In this document: piece after piece, positions 38,196 through 51,915 of the stretch
Position numbering within the stretch: position 1 is the first letter of the stretch
How the letters are laid out: each line of letters begins with the position of its first letter
Source: Felis catus
Taxonomy: Eukaryota
Direction: 5' to 3'
Assembly (NCBI RefSeq): GCF_018350175.1
Contig: NC_058368.1
Span: forward strand, 161,388,001-161,452,000
Length of the DNA stretch: 64,000 bases
Program-made: the position numbers and the translations under genes
Notes under the pieces: generated by a model
What the model was told of the DNA's origin: nothing
Database searches by the model: none
The model's input: the letters and a program-made list of their open reading frames with translations, nothing else

Positions 38196-39365
38196 AGAAA
38201 AAATTTTTAAAAATTACTCAGCTTAATCATTATGTCTCTCATATAGAGAAGCTTCTGTGTATAAAATATCCAGTAGATGATATATTCCTCAGTTTAGTTT
38301 TGAATATGCTTTGGAAGAAATTAAGTAATATTACGTACATTATTCCATACTTAATACCTACAGGCTTTCATTTAAAAGAACACAAAAAGAATAAGACCAG
38401 ATGGGTACTGCAAGTTACATTGATCAGTTTTCTCTCTTTCATAGAGTAGTAAAATGAAATGGAGTTTTATTCTGTTGTGTTTATTTTATGTAGCCTCATA
38501 CATTTTTACATAAAATTTTATCAAGCTTACTTTAGTAGTTTAGTTTTATTTTTGTACTGTAGCTTTTACATGTTATTTAAATGGAAATAATTCCTACCAA
38601 CCTTAGTAAAATAAAATTTTGAAGAATTTTCAAACTATATTGGTTAGCTATTAACTTGACTACCTAGAAGGGATCTCAAGATCATTTACCTGTGCATTCC
38701 ATGTGATGAGTGAATATCATTCAATATAATCAACCATATAGCTATTTTCTTTTGCCCTTTTAATCTTCTATATTTTCCTCTACACATTTATAAAATCCTC
38801 ATTTTTTTGTTAATTGAGAGCCAACAATTTTTTTTTCAGGTTGCAATATGCATTTACTATGTTTAATAGAAAAGTGTAACTATGGCTTTATGTAATTATC
38901 AATACATGTAGACAAGATGGGATGTCATGAGCTTAAAGAAAACATTCAATTGTGACAAAAGAACCATAGCTGTTAGAATTACATGAATTTTAAAGCCCCC
39001 TTATATTTTTGTTTAAGACTAAGGTACACTGCATATTAAGATAAAAGTAGCCTTTTTAGTTAAAATGTGTACTTTTATTTTGTGTTTTGTATTTTATGTT
39101 CAATATTTATTATTATTTTAAGTAGATGGCTTATTAAATCGGCCCAATAACTTAAAGGTTTACAAGTGTTTTTGACCTTCCCTGAGAAAAATCACTGCAT
39201 GTGGATATATTTGGTGTTTTTATACCCATGTTACTATCAGAGCCATGTAGCTAGCCATCAGTGCCTAGATCTTTAGACTTAGGAAAGACTTTTTTTTTTT
39301 TCTTTTTGAGAAATTGCATTTCAACTTTAAATTCTATTAAATTAAGTTTCGTTCTTTAAATTCTC

Positions 39366-39480
39366 TCCTGCTGTCAGCACAGAGCCTGACACAGGGCTCG
39401 ATCTCATAAACCATAAGATGATGCCCTGAGCCTAAGTCAAGAGCCAGATGCTTTAACCGAATGAGCCACCCAGGCGCCCC
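39366..39480 (-). mobile_element. CAN-SINE 5' half
   Basis: gctgtcagcacagagcc...gagccacccaggcgcccc with no CT/A tail. Confidence 0.85.
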
Positions 39481-40257
39481 AAGATGCTAACTTCACTTAA
39501 ATTGAACAGCATTCCCCTCTTTATTGGGTGCCTAACAATGTAGTTTCTCTGTAGGTTCTTGTTTTTAAAGAGCTTAGATTCATGTTTGGAAGACAGCATT
39601 TATATAAATGATAAAAGACAGTGCAAGCTAAAATAAGTAACAGAGTGCTCACTCATACCAATATAGTCAAACATTTACACTATACAAAGTATAGAAAATA
39701 GCATGATTAGCCAGATTAGTTCAGCCACTCACTGAAAGATTCATTCAAGAAACAATGAAGACCTTGGGAGTGGAGAGGAGTGTCAGCTGAGATAAAATTT
39801 CAAGTCCTTAAGGTCTACATTTGTATCATTCCCTTTTTTAAGACTTGCCAAGGTATCCTGTGACTGACTATGACTAGGTTACTGACATATTGACTCTGAC
39901 AAATAATATATGACCTGGAAGGATCAAAAATAATTCATGTGACATTAATTTCTTCTTTGTTTAGTGAAAATGCCAGAATGTTTGAAAAGCCACATGATTT
40001 AGAAAATTGAGTGAAAGACTGGCAAAAGGGAAGAGGAGAAATTCTAACTCTGAATATCCTTAACTTACACTGCCACATCCCTTCACTTACTCTTGTGTAT
40101 TCACTTTTTGAAACCAAAGGAATGCATGACAAAGGTTATTGAATTATGTAGTTCAAAAGAACCATTAGTTAGGTATATCTCCCTTGTGCTTTTCCTATTT
40201 CCGGGATCAGTACTTTTATTTTCTTAGTTTTTCTGTGAATACCTTTGTTAGTCTGAA

Positions 40258-40495
40258 TCACAGGTTGGTAAACTGTGGCCCATCAGTCACATGTGGTTTC
40301 TTGATCTATTTTTTTAAGACCTATCAGTCAAGATTTTTTTCTTTTTTTACATTTTTATAGGGTTGTAAAAAACCAAAGTAACAACAGCAAAAAATTAAGG
40401 TGAATATGTGACAAGTGACTGTATGTGATTGCTACAGAGTCTATAATATTTACTATATGATCCTTTGCAGAAAAAGTTTAGATTTCTGATCTCTA
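40258..40495. mobile_element. MER58-like hAT element
   Basis: caggttggtaaactgtggccc...aatatttactat...cctttgcagaaaaagttt. Confidence 0.6.
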
Positions 40496-40654
40496 CATGG
40501 GTGTGAGTGTGTATGAATGTGCTTGCACACATATACATACATACAGACATGCACACATGGATGTGCTTACTAATTTAACAACCTAACCATTTAGTTTCTT
40601 GCCATATAAAAGACTAGCTTATACTACTTACTGCTGTTTTTACTTTTTGCTATT

Positions 40655-40702
40655 TTTATTTTATATTTTATTTTATTTTATTTTATTTTATTTTATTTTA
40701 TT
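40655..40702. repeat. (TTTTA)n microsatellite
   Basis: Direct reading. Confidence 0.93.
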
Positions 40703-41569
40703 AGTTTTAACATTAGTATTAACTCTTACATTGGTTGCATTTGTAGTTTTAAATACTATACTGAAACTTCTTGTTTCCTGTTCCAACATGTTTGGGTAGG
40801 CATATAGATAGATCTATAGGCAGTGACTGGTGGATCTTTTCTTGGTTTTTGTCCAGACTTAGTAGTATTTTCTAAATTTTCATTACTGAGACCAGGTACT
40901 TTACCCTCAGAAGCTAGCACAATGCTTGATGCTTCATAAGAGTCAAATATTTCTTGAGTATGTATATATGTGTGAGACAGTTTGTCTCTCAGGGGATCCA
41001 CTGTCATCTTTACAGAGGCTTGTATAGCTTTTCCCAGTTGGCACTGTAGTCATAGTATATCTTTTTACACTTACTACATCATATAAAGTGACCCAGAAGC
41101 ATAAACATATATGTTGTTACTGAAATATCTTCTGTTTTGTTTTTAACCTCCCATAGAATCTTGTGTAAAACATATTTTCTTGTGTATGGATTTGAGGTTA
41201 TTGCATTGGAGGTGACTTAGGCATTGATTGTAGGATCAGATTTGGATCACTGAGCTAGAATGTATCATTCAGACCCTCAAGTATTTAAGGAGCGTCCTAA
41301 TCAATCAGAAACTGTTGTACAAAGCAGTAATACAATGGCAAACAAGGCATGTATAGCTGCCCTCCTGGAACTTAGTGGAAGAGAGAGGCAAATAAACACT
41401 CAAATAACCATATATACAAATAAATATAAATGCAAACTGAGATAAATAATTGAAGGAAAAGAACAAGTTATGTGAGAGAAAACTTAGAGTGCAATCCTAA
41501 GTCAGAGACTTCCATATGAATTCAAATAATGATTAATGTTTAGCACCCTAAAATATTTTCTGTCCTCTA

Positions 41570-41935
41570 AGGCAGTGGTTCTGAAACTTTAGCATGTATC
41601 TTACTGACAAGAAGTGTTAAAATGTAGGGATCTTGGCCCCAAGTTCAAAGTTTCGTATTCAGTAGGTCTGAATGGGCATGAGGATTTACACTTCTAATAA
41701 ATTCCTAGATGATTATGATTCTGCTGGTCCAGGAAATGACACTTCAAGAACCACTGACTTGAGACAGTGGTTTTCAGCACATTGGAATAACTTGGAGAAC
41801 TTTAACAAAATACTGATGCTTAGTTCCTCTCCTTGGAAAATCTGATTTAATTATGTGGAGATATGGACTAAGTGTGGAGCTTTTTAAAATACCCTAGGTG
41901 ATTCTAATATGCAGCCAGGTTTGTAAGCTACTTAG
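41570..41935. mobile_element. Two adjacent MER5-like MITEs
   Basis: cagtggttctgaaact...aagaaccactg, then cagtggttttca...ccctaggtgattctaatatgcagcca. Confidence 0.65.
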
Positions 41936-42358
41936 TGTAGAATTTGAACATGTATCACATAGAGTTTCTTAGTGGGGCAGAAAATACCTAATCCTGCCCA
42001 ATGGGAAGAAGGCATAGAGGAAGTAGGGAAAAGGCTGGAATAGAAAGCTTCGGTGAAAACATGGTACCCAAACTAAGGCTTAAAAGTTTATCTGTCTATA
42101 CCATAAGCTTATTGAGAAGAGAATGTGTCAGACAGAAGAAATGGTACACAACATGTAGGATTAGGATAGATTTTGTTTCATAAATAATCCTAGGTAGTAG
42201 ATCATTTCCATTTCTAAAATGTAGCCATTCTGATATTGAGTGCCTCGTATGTCAGCAACAGAGGGATAATTTATTTTTCATTTATAACTACATATAAAAT
42301 AAGGATCATTATGCCATATCCAAATAATTTTTATTTATTAATATGCTCTATTTAACAG

Positions 42359-42493
42359 GATGAGAAGAAGAAACCGAAAGACTAGGAGATACGGAGTTTT
42401 GGATACTAACATAGAAAACATGGAGTTGACACCTTTAGAACAAGATGATGAGGATGATGATAACACTTTGTTCGATGCCAATCATCCTCGAAG
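42359..42493 (+). CDS. FAM174A: FAM174A coding exon 2: cytoplasmic tail
   Basis: Acceptor tttaacag|G and donor AAG|GTAAGT; 135 nt, phase 2-2. Reads (R)[44 protein letters not shown](R): basic stop-transfer run, YGVL YxxPhi motif and acidic cluster typical of the FAM174 (DUF1180) tail. Confidence 0.96.
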
Positions 42494-43874
42494 GTAAGTA
42501 AGTGTTGGACAGTTTCATTCCATGAATTAGGAGGCAAGTTCTTGATAAGTAAAGTGAAAAAATAAAGTAGAAAAAATACAGTATTTCATTTAGCAGTTTT
42601 TATCCTAACAGATTTTATTTAGTTCTATTTAATGAAGTTCTTTGTTTTACCCAACCAATAGATCACATGCACACTGCTTTGCTAAAATAGGTATAAACAG
42701 AATATCATCCCCGCAAGAAATCTTCATTGTAGGTCTCCTTGTAGAGCTTTGTTCTTTCAGCTGCTACGTGTAACATGTAGTAAGTCTGTGTGTGCGTATG
42801 TGCGTGAGAAAGAGAAAGAAAGAGAAATATTAATAAACTTGATTTTCTTTTTGCATTCTGAAAATATTTTGATTTTAGTCTGTTATTCTATTTGTAAATC
42901 ATGTTTTTGTGCAAATTGTGGTATTAGTGGTCTGATAGTGTAGCTAATGGTCTGATATCTATTCTCAGATCTATTCTTGCTGACTGTTAAGATGCTTCCT
43001 AAGAAGTTTGGATAAGCAGAGTTAAACGGCTATGGACTTAGTTTCAAAGCAGATGGAATGAAGAAAGGAGGTAGTAAAAAAAATCCCCTCAATAGGGAAA
43101 GACATGTTGGAATAGAGAGGAGATTTTTTTGGGCAAAAGAAAACTACAGTCCAGATTTAGTTACAAATACCATGAGTACAGAAATCTTGGATTTTTATAC
43201 ATGTAAGGATGGGAGGATCAGCTCTGGCAGGACATAGGAATGTGCAAGTTTTTTGTTTTTTGTTTTTGAGGGAAATGCGTAGTTTTATAATCTGCTAAAG
43301 AGTTTGGTATCAACCTGCTGTCAATGGGGAACCATTGGTGTTGTATGGAGTGTATGTAATCAGGTAATCAGATTCATGTTGTAGAAGAGTATGTCTTATA
43401 GTAGTGGAGAAGGTGGCGTAGAAGAGCTGAAGGATGGAGAGGGACAGAACCAAGGAATATAGGAGGCATATAAAGGAGGGAATGGTTTCCATGAAATGTA
43501 ATTAGCTGTAGTTATCTTTTATTTTGTATCCTGCCTCACCACAGACCTTTCTCTAATACTTACACCACTCTTGTTGCCCACTTTTCATGAATTTTGTGTT
43601 CTATTAGGGAGCTAGACATTAGAGTTACATAAACAGTAAATACAGGGTGGTATGAGAACTTGTACTAGGGACATAGAACACTTAAGCAAAAACTAATGGT
43701 TCAGAAAAGCCTCTTAGATGTGATATGTTAATGGATACTGAAAAATGAGCAAAAATTAGCAACATTAAAGGTGGATGTAGAGGTGGGAGCTGGAGAGAGA
43801 ACAGCAGGCACACAACACAAGAGGCAAAAGAGAATATAGAGTATTCAAGAATCTAAAAGAAGTTAAATAGATGC

Positions 43875-43986
43875 TGGGGTGCCTGGGTGGCTCAGTCAGT
43901 TAAGCATCCAACTCTTGATTTCAGCTCAATTGTGAGATTGAGCCCCATGTCAGGCTCCATGTTGAGCGCTGAGCCTGCTTAAGATC

Positions 43987-44034
<48 letters not shown>

Positions 44035-44122
44035 TCCTCTCTTCCCCCTTCCCCATCCCCCTCTGCCCTGATTGCTCACTCCCTCTCTCTAAAAAATAAA
44101 GTTTAAAAAGTAATAAAATATA
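43875..44122 (+). mobile_element. CAN-SINE
   Basis: Sense; TSD ctaaaagaagttaaatagatgct. Confidence 0.93.
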
Positions 44123-44599
44123 ACTAAAAGAAGTTAAATAGATGCTATGTTAATCTATGTGAGAATAAATGAATGAGTGAATAATTTTTGAGCTTTGAAT
44201 GCAAAAGTAAGAGTGATGAGCAAGGAAGAACAAAGAATCAAAAGGCAGATCATGATCCATGACAATCAGTGAGAAATTATTCTACAGGTTATGAAAAGCC
44301 ACTTAGAAAATTTTAAGATAGGAAACATAATCAAAGTTGTGTTTTGAAGATTACATAGATTGGAGAAAAGTAAGATAAGGAGTAAGGCAACCAGGAAGAC
44401 CAGTTAGATGGTGCAAGTACATGGGGTGGCCAGTAGTAGAGTGATAGCAAGAGAAATGGAAAGGAGTTAATTATTCAAGAGCCTTTGAAAGGTATTAGGA
44501 ACCAGATTTAGAAATTGTGTTTGGAGGGTTAAGGTGGGAGAAATGGTTATAATACTAGGAAAGCATGTTTCAGGGGTAATTATAATTATCAGTGATAAT

Positions 44600-44838
44600 C
44601 TTTTATTTATTTATTTTTATTATTATTTTTTAATGTTTTTATTTTTACTTTTGAGACAGAGAGAGACAAAGCATGAGCAGGGGAGGGGCGGAAAGAGGGA
44701 GAGACACAGAATCTGAAGCAGGCTCCAGGCTCTGAGCTGTCAGCACAAAGCCCGATGCGGGGCTTGAACTCACGGAGTGTGAGATCATGACCTGAGCTGA
44801 AGTCGGATACTTGACCGACTGAGCCACCCAGGCACCCC
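44600..44838 (-). mobile_element. CAN-SINE
   Basis: Antisense; TSD agtgataatctttt. Confidence 0.93.
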
Positions 44839-45317
44839 AGTGATAATCTTTTACTACTATGTATGACTCCACTTATTTAAAAAAAGACGTAGAAAAAACT
44901 TTAATGTAGATATGTTTGATTAAAGTAGGGAGAACAGTAAATAAACAGTGCTTACATATTCATTCATTCATTCATTTATTGATCCAAGAAATGAATGATT
45001 GAGAAGCAATTTACACAGCAACTGTTTAGTGCCTAGCGCTGACCTGGGATACAATAGAGCAACAAAAACAGAACAGAAAAAGAAAAAAAAAAAATTCTAA
45101 CTTTGTGAAGGTTAACTTCTAGTGACGAAAGGTTGAGATTGGGAGGTTGACAGTTCATTTTCATTTTTGTTTCTATATCTTTCTATGTTGATTTTTTTCC
45201 CCCAAGAACATATATTTATGCACTACTTTAGGAAAAAAAAAAAACTTACTTTTTGTTTGGGAATAATTTCAGAAAAGTCCTAAGAATAAAAATAGTACAA
45301 AGAATATCCTATTATTT

Positions 45318-45530
45318 TTTTTCAATGGTTTTTAATGTTTATTCTTGAGAGAAGGAGACAGAGCAAGAGCGGGGGAAGGGCAGAGAGAGAGGGAGGCGCA
45401 GAATCTGAAGCAGGCTCCAGGCTCTGAGCTGTCAGCACAGAGCCCGACGCGGGGCTTGAACTCACAAACTGTGAGATCATGACCTGAGCTGAAGTCAGAC
45501 ACTTAACTGACTGAGCCACCCAGGCATCCC
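45318..45530 (-). mobile_element. CAN-SINE
   Basis: Antisense; TSD agaatatcctattattttt. Confidence 0.93.
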
Positions 45531-45583
45531 AGAATATCCTATTATTTTTAAATCTAGATTTACCTATTGTTAACATTTTACTT

Positions 45584-45786
45584 AAGAGACTCTTAACTAA
45601 CTGTAGAGAACAAACTGAGGGTTGCTGGAGGGAAGGTAGGCAGGGGATAGGCTGAGTGATGGGTATTAAGGAGGGCACTTGCTGTGATGAGCATCAGGTG
45701 TTGTACCTAAGTGATTAATCACTAATTTCCACTGCTGAAACCAATATTACATTATATGTTAACTAACTAGAATTTAAATAAAAACA
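45584..45786 (+). mobile_element. Short carnivore L1 3' end
   Basis: aagagactctta...gagaacaaactgagggttgctggaggg...aactagaatttaaataaaa, flanked by ACATTTTACT on both sides. Confidence 0.85.
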
Positions 45787-46094
45787 ACACATTTTACTAC
45801 ATTTCTTCTTTTGTGTTCTACCTCATAGTGTAGCTACAGAAAAATGCATCTCCCTCATTTTATGTTTACCTAATGTTCTGATGTTTCCTTGTAATTAGAT
45901 CCAGGTTATACATTCTTACCTGAAGTACTTTCTCAGGCTATCATATCTGGAGACACACAATGTCCTTCTTTCCTTCATTAGCAGTAGTAATTTTGATGCA
46001 CCTATCTAAAGTTTTGCCCAGTTTCTCTAGTATGTTACAATTTTTTTCCTCACTGCAACCAAGAAGATATTTTAAAATCCTGAAAATATTCTTT

Positions 46095-46314
46095 CTTTTT
46101 TAATTTTTTTTTGCATTTATTTATTTTTGATAGGCAGAGAGAGACAGAGCACAAGTTGGGGAGGGGCAGAGAGAGTAGGAGACACAGAATCCGAAGCAGG
46201 CTCCAGGCTCCGAGCTGTCAGCACAGGGCCCAACGCGGCCCAAACTCACAAACCGCGAGATCATGACCTGAGCCGAAGTCGGACGCTCAACTGACTGAGC
46301 CACCCAGGCACCCC
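46095..46314 (-). mobile_element. CAN-SINE
   Basis: Antisense; TSD gaaaatattctt. Confidence 0.93.
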
Positions 46315-48099
46315 AGAAAATATTCTTATCAAAATTTTCCCCTAGGTTTAGCAGTCATTCATCTTAATTCTTGCCGGATCTGATCTTCACTGTGATAGTT
46401 GCAAAGTAATGATTTTCCGACTTCAACATTTCCTTCATATTTACCAATTAGCATTGACACTATAGTGTAAGCAAGAGCTTTTCCTCGTTCCTTCTGCATT
46501 CATTTATCTAACTATTGACAGTATAGAATCATGATTCTTCTCTTGTCTCAGTGGTGTATAATTCATTGTTGTACTTGCCAGTGGGAGCCTCTTCAAGCTG
46601 GCTTCTGTGTCCTTGTGATTTGCTCCCATTGTTTTTAAAGCACTTCCTTACTTTCTGGCCTAATAAGCTATTCCAGGCTCATTTTGTATCTATCCTGCCC
46701 TAGTGATGGAATCAGCCATTTCTCCAAAGAGCTTTGGTTTCTGTTAGTGGCCCCTAAATGAGCTCTTTGTTACTAAAGTGTGTCCTGACTTCTTGGTCCT
46801 TTCAGCCAATAGGGCTATGAAATGTGTGGGCACACACACGCATGCCCATATAAACATGGGTATTCACATATATACATAAACTTTACATAGTATTACTTCA
46901 TACCTCCCATTCTATCATGCTGGTCTATCGGCACTGGGTTCTTTCTTGCCTTCTTCCTTTTTCATAGCTGCATTCTCTTTGTTCTGTCACGAGAATGACT
47001 TCCAACAATGTTCTGGATCCCAACAACATCAGCACATTTACTCATTTGCTTATTCCTAAAATAATATTAATACAGTTTCAGAATTGCTTTACCTATGGCA
47101 CTATGATAAACAAGCCAGCTAAGGTTTAGAGTTTGTTAGTTCTCTCTTTACAACCTCATCTTGCCCAAGACAGAATATATAGTTAGATATGTACGTGATT
47201 TGGCTTGGTTCTCTTTTCCTCCCCTCTTTAGTGTGATTATCATAATCACTTGAAATATAATTTAAATCATTTTGAGTTTGCTTTCTGTTTCAGATTTTTC
47301 CTCCCCTTCCCATTTTCATTGGCATTTTTAATATGAAAAGTACTAACATGCTTCCAAAAGTAAAAACTATACACGTTTTTTTTTTAAAAATATACACACA
47401 CATACACTCAGAAATATCATTCCCTCTTATATTCTTTACATGTCATTTTCCCCACCTCACCCCTTTGGGTAATCAGTTTCATTATTTTATGGTTTATCTA
47501 CCCTGTGTTTTTTTTTTGTAGAAGTTGGCAGAAATATGTATTTCTTATGCTTTCCTCTTTTTTACACAAAAGGTATAATATATGTTATTTTATACCTTTT
47601 TGTTGCTTTGTAATATCTCCTGTGAGTCATGCTTTATAAGTTCATAAAGATATTTTTCATTTTTAACACCTGCATAGTACCCCGTGGTGTGTAGGTACCA
47701 TGGTTTATTCAATCCATTGCCTATGCTTTGACATTTAGATAGTTTTAATTACTTTGCAATTACAAGTTATACTACGATGAATAACCTTGTGTATGTGCAT
47801 TTTCAGAGTTAATTTCTAGTACTGAGATTATGGGTCAAAGAGTGTGAAAATCAGTTTTAACCATGAAAATATAAGGCATCCCAGTGGACATAGCAAATTT
47901 CATGAATTTATTTTTTCATTAAGAGCAGTGATAAACTGCCTGTCATTTGTCCCCAAATACTCTACTAAGATATATGGTGGTAAACAAAATTAGACAAAAA
48001 AAAAAAAAAAAAAAAGCATCTTTATATAGTTAACAATGTAGTACGCCAGGAATACAGAACAAAGAAATCTTGACTAGACTTGAGATTCCCCTAATTGGG

Positions 48100-48547
48100 T
48101 TTTTTTTTGGTAAATTTTTAATGTTTATTTGTTTTTTTTGAGAGAGAGACAGAGTGTGAATGGGGGGAGGGGCAGAGAGAGGGAGGCACAGAATCAGAAG
48201 CAGGCTCCAGGTACTGAGCTGTCAGCACAGAGCCCGACGTGGGGCTCGAACTCCCAAACCACAAGATCATGACCTGAGCCGAAGTCGGAGGCTTAACCCA
48301 CTGAGCCACCCAGGCCCCCCCACCCTTTTTTTTTTTTTTAATGTTTTAATTTACTATTGAGAGACAGAGAGAGAAAGAGAGCATGAGCATGGGAGGGGCA
48401 GAGACAGGAAGAGACACAGAATCCAAAGCAGGCTCCAGGCTCTGAGCTGTCAGCACAGAGCCCAACACAGGGCTCGAACTCGCAAACTGTGAGATCATGA
48501 CCTGAGCTGAAGTCGGACGCTTAACGACTGAGCTACCCAGGAACCCC
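48100..48547 (-). mobile_element. Two tandem antisense CAN-SINEs
   Basis: 48100-48320 and 48326-48547; outer flanks cctaattgg(g)ttttt. Confidence 0.92.
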
Positions 48548-49139
48548 TCACCTAATTGGTTTTTGATCTTGGCACAATCAGGGGTAATGTTCTTCACTAG
48601 GCCAGAGCTACTTTTGCAAAATGAGCAATGAGATGGATATTTCCATACACCAAGAAGCAAACATCAAACCATTATTCTATTCTCCCTTTTCATTCCTTTT
48701 CAAACAATATTAAGCATCATTTAAATAACACCTACACTGATTCTGAACCTCTGCTTTGAATTTTTTCATAGTCTGTACAGTTACAGACCCTTTTTTTGAA
48801 ATGTCTTTCACTTTGGGGAAGGTGGACACATTTCTTTTCTACTTTGTGACTAGCTATGTGTTTATATTCCTGTTACCTTCTGTAGTTTAGAGATTATTGT
48901 CTGTAATGAGATACACAGTCCAAACTCAGCTACTTCATTTGAAGCTGATTCAATGAGCAAAGCTCTGATCTTCTAATGTTGGTGTTAGAAATTAAACATG
49001 CATAAACATGAATAATTCCATCAATTTAGTCAACATTTCATATTTATCTTGTCGGAAAGATACATACAGATCTCATTGTGACTGACTTTAGTAACAGATA
49101 ATCAGGGTTGATACCATTTGCTTCTCCCATTAAAAAGAG

Positions 49140-49216
49140 GGGAGGCGCACCAAGGTGGCTCAGTCAAAGATCCAACTCTTGATTTTGGCTCAGGTCATGA
49201 TCTCATGGGATTCCTG

Positions 49217-49257
<41 letters not shown>

Positions 49258-49312
49258 CCTCCCCCGCCCACACACTCTTGCTCTCTCAAAACAAACAAAT
49301 ACACTTTTAAAA
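49140..49312 (+). mobile_element. Internally deleted CAN-SINE
   Basis: Head, (CT)n and A-rich tail present; middle missing. Confidence 0.85.
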
Positions 49313-49684
49313 AGTTAATATAGAGGGAAAATTAGTACTTCTGTGAAGAGTGTATTATAAGGTCTTTTTAGGCCCTAAAAGAGGACTTTCACCAAAGACT
49401 TACCTGAAGTCCTACTGTATAAATGATAGAAGAAATCAAGGGAATGGATGATATTGGTAGAAATGTCTTTAGAGGGATAAGATAAGGGATATTATCAATG
49501 AACCCAGTGGGGAGCCTGGACTGAGTGGGGTCAGAGAACTACAATAGGAGCAATTACAACAGTCATTTGTTAGTAGGTACCTACTTTACCTACTTTAGTG
49601 GAGGATATAGCAGACACTGTACTGGGTTCCTTACATGTACTATGAAATCATCAAGACAGTCTTGCAAAGTAGTTGCTGTTGGTC

Positions 49685-49900
49685 TTTTTTTTTTTTTTTT
49701 TAATGTTTATTTATTTTTTGAGAAAGAGAGCACAAGCGGGGGAGGGACAGGGAGAGAGGGAGACTCAGAATCCGAAGCAGTCTCCAAGCTTTGAGCTGCT
49801 TTTGAGCAGAGCCTGATGTGGGGCTCAAACCCATAAACCATGAGATCATGACCTGAGCTGAAGTCCAAGGCTTAACAGACTGAGCCACCCAGGCACCGCC
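49685..49900 (-). mobile_element. CAN-SINE
   Basis: Antisense consensus. Confidence 0.9.
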
Positions 49901-51499
49901 AGCCCCCACTCCCACATTGGTCTTATTTTAAAGGTTAGGATGTTTGAGTCTCAGAGAGTTTAAATAATAGGTTTCTCTTCCTGCTGTAACCTAATTCCAT
50001 TTTTTAAATATTTACTTGATTTATACCTTTATAATAAAGAGAATAATTCTAAATTCTCTTCATTCTGTCTTTTATATCAGCACTTGCTATTACTCTTTAT
50101 TTTGCAAACGAGGACCCTAAAAATAAGGAATGTAAATATTATGATATGCCTACTTTGCCAACTGCAGTGCAGAATCATATTAGTCTTAGAGTATAACTGC
50201 TAGTAATTCTTGTGGGATCAGCTCTTACTGATGCTGCCTTCATTGTTTAAGTTCTTTCTAAAATTAGTTCCTCTTTATTTTCCAGATTCTATCCACAAAA
50301 TAACAGGAAGCAAGTTATTTCCAGAGAGGCAAATGAATTTCCTTGCTTAGAATTTTATCACAGCCTCAAACTATCTTTTTGTAGTCAGCTCTTTCTGAGA
50401 GGAGTGTTTTTACTTTGGTTTTTAATACATCAGAATTTTAATGTTTGTTGTTGGTAGGATTTGGGGTAGTTATTTTCACTGTTTCTTTGTATTAGATGGA
50501 ACCATATGAAACTGCCAATATATGGTTTCATCTAAGTTTATTCAAGGAAATTTATTATTTCACATAATAGTATGTCACAGGGTTAACTCTGGACACAGTA
50601 CATTAAGACTGTGGCTTCTTTTCTTTGCAGTCCCCTTGGTTCTGCATATCTTCATGTGTTGGCTTTATTTTCAGGCTGATAATAGGACGGTGCCAGCAGT
50701 TTCTACAATCATATCTAGAATGGCACTTTCAGTGGAAGTTAGCGACTTGCTCTCTTGTATCCCTTTCTTAGGAATGAGAAAAGTTTCCCCAGAAATTCTA
50801 AATAAGGTTGTTTTTGTTTTTGCTTTCCATATCACTGGTCATGTGGCCATTTCTAAACTAAACTCCTGGGAAGGAAAATGGAAGTACCATAATTAGGTAA
50901 GAATTATCATTTGTGTTCCAGTGGATATTGCAGAGTTATCCAGCAGTGTCCTCATATGTAGTACTTTAAACATTAATATTAATATGGTGAAATTGGGAAA
51001 ATATATGAATGGGAAAAAAAGTAACTTGAGCAACTTGGTTAATATAACTTCTCTTGAATTTACTATTGATATCCTAATTTTGTAAATGAGAGGTGATTTC
51101 TTATGTTTGGTTACTAAAATTTTTTGCACAAAGAAATCACAAAACTAAAAAGCAAATGTTGGTTTTTAAGTGTTGTGTAGGATGTTTCAGCCCTCTTGCA
51201 TAGAAAAACTGTTGAGGAATCAGCATATACTGACTAAAAAGTCCCTTTTTCCTCAAAGAAAAATATTGGAGACAAATACTCATAACCAGTCCCCAAAACA
51301 GTTTAAAACAATGTACAACAAATGGGAACAATACTTTCTTGCTATTCTGTTTGATTTCCACCAAACATTAAAATAACCAGTAGTATTTTATAATGATGTA
51401 CACCACAGGACAGTTTAACAGGCTTGGTAGCAGCTTCTAAAAGCTGGCACTTACATCACTTCAAGGCTGTTTTAGTCATTTTTATCAAGCATGTAATTT

Positions 51500-51915
51500 T
51501 TTTTTAATGTATGTCATTTATTGTCAAATTGGTTTCCATACAACACCCAGTGCTCATCCCAAAAGATGCCTTCTTCAATGCCCATCACCTACCCTTCCCT
51601 CCCTCCCACCCCCTCAATCAACCCTCAGTTTGTTCCCAGTTTTTTTTTTTTTCCAACTTTTATTTATTTTTGGGACAGAGAGAGACAGAGCATGAACGGG
51701 GGAGGGGCAGAGAGAGAGGGAGACACAGAATCGGAAACAGGCTCCAGGCTCTGAGCCATCAGCCCAGAGCCTGACGCGGGGCTCGAACCCACGGACCGCG
51801 AGATCGTGACCTGGCTGAAGTCGGACGCTTAACCGACTGCGCCACCCAGGCGCCCGTGTTCCCAGTTTTTAAGAGTCTTATGCTTTGGCTCTCTCCCACT
51901 CTAACCTCTATTTTT
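51500..51915 (-). mobile_element. Short felid L1 3' end with a nested young SINE
   Basis: Reverse complement of the L1 3' UTR seen at 5820-5980; flanked by tcaag(c/t)atgtaattttt. Confidence 0.88.
51640..51855 (-). mobile_element. Young Felis-type CAN-SINE nested in an L1 fragment
   Basis: Near consensus; TSD tgttcccagttttt. Confidence 0.95.

Larger units (their letters stand above)
45250..47850 (-). mobile_element. Old L1M 3' region (antisense), fragmented by younger SINE/L1 insertions
   Basis: Typical antisense L1M 3'-UTR strings (gcctcttcaagctggcttctgtgtcctt; ccaggctcattttgtat; ggaatcagccatttctccaa). Confidence 0.6.

Noticed and set aside
50522..50896. 124-aa intronic ORF
   Set aside because: No recognisable domain or splice context; overlaps what looks like degraded MaLR-type sequence.
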